From: Calditrichaceae bacterium
GTDB lineage: Bacteria > Calditrichota > Calditrichia > Calditrichales > JBFXGD01
Assembly (NCBI GenBank): GCA_050178385.1
Contig: JBFXGD010000027.1
Span: 1 to 29,296 of the forward strand
Direction of reading: 5' to 3'
Length of the DNA stretch: 29,296 nucleotides
Numbering within the stretch: position 1 is the stretch's first letter; every line of letters begins with the position of its first letter. Below are positions 27,844 through 29,296 of this stretch, in pieces. Under the pieces are notes generated by a model. That model did not search any database, was not told where the DNA came from, and saw only the letters and a list, made by a program, of their open reading frames with translations. Made by a program: the position numbers and the translations under genes.

Positions 27844-28244
27844 TTCCGGCTCAGCTGTGATTCTTCAAATGCATAAGGCAGTAATTCGCTTAATTTTAAT
27901 ATTTTTTGATTTTTTCCATCGGTTAAAATCACATCAATTTCAGGAGCATAATCGTATAATAATTGTCTGCAGGCACCGCACGGGGAGCAGAACTTACCGT
28001 CAATGGCGGTGATTGCGATTGCTTTAAATTTCGTAGCTCCTTCAGAAAGAGCTTTTGCCAGAGCGACCCTTTCGGCGCAAATAGTCAAACTGTAGGAACT
28101 GCTCTCAATGTTACATCCGGAAAAAATCGCGCCATTCTCATCGAGCAGAGCGGCACCAACCCGGAAGTTAGAATATTTTGCCTGAGAATATTTGCGGGCA
28201 TCTTTCGCCGCATTAATTAATTTACCGGCATCGTAATTAGGCAT
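27840..28244 (-). CDS. cdd: Cytidine deaminase (tetrameric type)
   Basis: YSNFRVGAAL, GCNIE, CAERVA, SPCGACRQ, LLPYAF. Confidence 0.97.
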   Translation of the reverse strand: MPNYDAGKLINAAKDARKYSQAKYSNFRVGAALLDENGAIFSGCNIESSSYSLTICAERVALAKALSEGATKFKAIAITAIDGKFCSPCGACRQLLYDYAPEIDVILTDGKNQKILKLSELLPYAFEESQLSRK

Positions 28245-28276
28245 GGCAAATCCATTTTTTTGTATTAAAGTAATAT

Positions 28277-28305
28277 AATTTAAGATTTTTTAGAGGAGAA
28301 TACAA
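28277..28305 (-). promoter_or_regulatory. Possible sigma70 promoter of the nucleoside salvage operon
   Basis: Minus strand TTGTAT (28305-28300), 17 nt, TAAATT (28282-28277), upstream of cdd. The region is AT-rich, so a chance match is possible. Confidence 0.4.
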
Positions 28306-28381
28306 AAGGATATTCATAAAGAAGGCACCTCCTATGCCCATTAAACCTTTTGTTGAAAAAGTGATAAATTAGTTTCTGGTT

Positions 28382-28825
28382 TTAAAAGGGAAGATCATCC
28401 GATTCATGTCCTTCATCCGCGGACGGTTTTTCTGATACCTTGCTGTCATCAGCAGCAGGTTCATCCTGATATTTGGATTCACTATCACCTTTTGAGCCAA
28501 GAAGCTGAAGGTCAAGGGCTATTATCTCTGTTTTGTACTTTTTTTGGCCTTGCTGGTCTTCCCAACTGCTGGTTTGAAGACGTCCCTCTAAATAGACTAA
28601 TTTGCCTTTTTTTAAATACTCGCCGACAAATTCAGCCGTTTTTCCAAATGTGACGATGTTGTGCCATTCGGTTTTATCCGTCCATGAACCTTCGGCATCC
28701 TTCTGTCTGTGATTTGTTGCCACAGAAAAGCTCGCGATAGCGGTTCCGCCCGGCGAATACCGCATATCGGGGTCTTGTCCAAGCCGACCGATGATAATAG
28801 CTTTGTTCACAGTTCCTCGTGACAT
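28382..28825 (-). CDS. ssb: Single-stranded DNA-binding protein
   Basis: VNKAIIIGRLGQDP, TEWHNIV, EGRLQT, acidic C-terminal DDLPF; GGAGG RBS. Confidence 0.98.
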   Translation of the reverse strand: MSRGTVNKAIIIGRLGQDPDMRYSPGGTAIASFSVATNHRQKDAEGSWTDKTEWHNIVTFGKTAEFVGEYLKKGKLVYLEGRLQTSSWEDQQGQKKYKTEIIALDLQLLGSKGDSESKYQDEPAADDSKVSEKPSADEGHESDDLPF

Positions 28826-28867
28826 GAGTCCTCCAATGTTGGTGTAAGTTTGAAAGAAAGGTTGTTT

Positions 28868-28912
28868 AGAAAAATAGCCTCAGAACAGAATAAGACGAGT
28901 TCAGAGGCTATT
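28868..28912 (-). terminator. Hairpin plus U-tract downstream of the small peptide genes
   Basis: Minus strand AATAGCCTCtGAAC...GTTCtGAGGCTATT followed by further Ts. Confidence 0.6.
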
Positions 28913-28977
28913 AAAGTTAAAAAAAATATCAAAAAATACAAGTTTAAATATTTAAAATGTCATTAACTAATTGTTCC

Positions 28978-29133
28978 TTAAGGTTTCGGACGTGGTGGCG
29001 GTGGTAAAGGAACGATAGTTGCGAATTCGGCGCCGGATCTTGGGCTGGCATCTGTGGTAGCCGTACTTAGTATCGTCATAAATATGGCCGCTGCGAAAAC
29101 GAAAGTTACGATTATTGCTGCAATCTTTTTCAT
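28978..29133 (-). CDS. Small secreted proline-rich peptide precursor, copy 1 (51 aa)
   Basis: Manual translation MKKIAAIIVTFVFAAAIFMTILSTATTDASPRSGAEFATIVPLPPPPRPKP*. AAGGAG RBS (29146-29141) 7 nt before the ATG; Sec-type signal peptide; an adjacent paralog differs mostly at synonymous sites. Below the ORF track's apparent 60-aa cutoff. Confidence 0.88.
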   Translation of the reverse strand: MKKIAAIIVTFVFAAAIFMTILSTATTDASPRSGAEFATIVPLPPPPRPKP

Positions 29134-29187
29134 GTGATAACTCCTTAATGCAATGTTTTTTGTGATTCTTTCAATTAACCGCTTTGA

Positions 29188-29296
29188 TTACGGTTTTGGG
29201 CGCGGGGGCTGAGGTAATGGAACAATAGTAGCGAATTCAGCGCCGGATCTTGGGCTTCCGTTTGTTGATGCGACGTCCACGGCAGTAAAGACGATT
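29188..29296 (-). CDS. Small proline-rich peptide precursor, copy 2 (5' end beyond the right edge)
   Basis: Manual translation ...IVFTAVDVASTNGSPRSGAEFATIVPLPQPPRPKP*. The last 22 aa are 21/22 identical to copy 1. Confidence 0.85.
   Translation of the reverse strand, partial: IVFTAVDVASTNGSPRSGAEFATIVPLPQPPRPKP

Noticed and set aside
28981..28992. RPKP at the peptide C-terminus matches the N-terminus of substance P
   Set aside because: A four-residue match at the opposite terminus, without the FxGLM pharmacophore; probably coincidence.

Overview
Gene-dense bacterial chromosomal window of moderate GC. Gene content and protein style suggest a diderm, FCB-related lineage such as Calditrichota (inference only). 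Left to right: (1) prmC on the minus strand, running off the left edge and missing from the ORF track; (2) a divergent ~11.5 kb tetrapyrrole/heme operon: HemX/CcsA-like gene, hemA, hemC, TetR regulator, hemD, hemE, hemN, hemY-type oxidase, hemB, a repeat-rich spacer, hemL. A sigma70 promoter with a palindromic TetR-type operator precedes it; (3) tex; (4) a minus-strand trans-envelope signalling cluster: secreted protein, FecR-domain protein, predicted outer-membrane beta-barrel, CHASE2 adenylate cyclase, stand-alone receiver; (5) a nucleoside salvage operon, cdd-udk-tdk-nupC-sppA-pgsA-PNP; (6) ssb; (7) at the right edge, two tandem small genes not in the ORF track. They encode precursors (signal peptide seen in the complete copy) with a nearly identical 22-aa proline-rich C-terminal core, SPRSGAEFATIVPLP(P/Q)PPRPKP, that differs by 10 synonymous and 1 non-synonymous change. 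This peptide pair is the best candidate for an undescribed system. No rRNA, tRNA, CRISPR array or transposase was seen.
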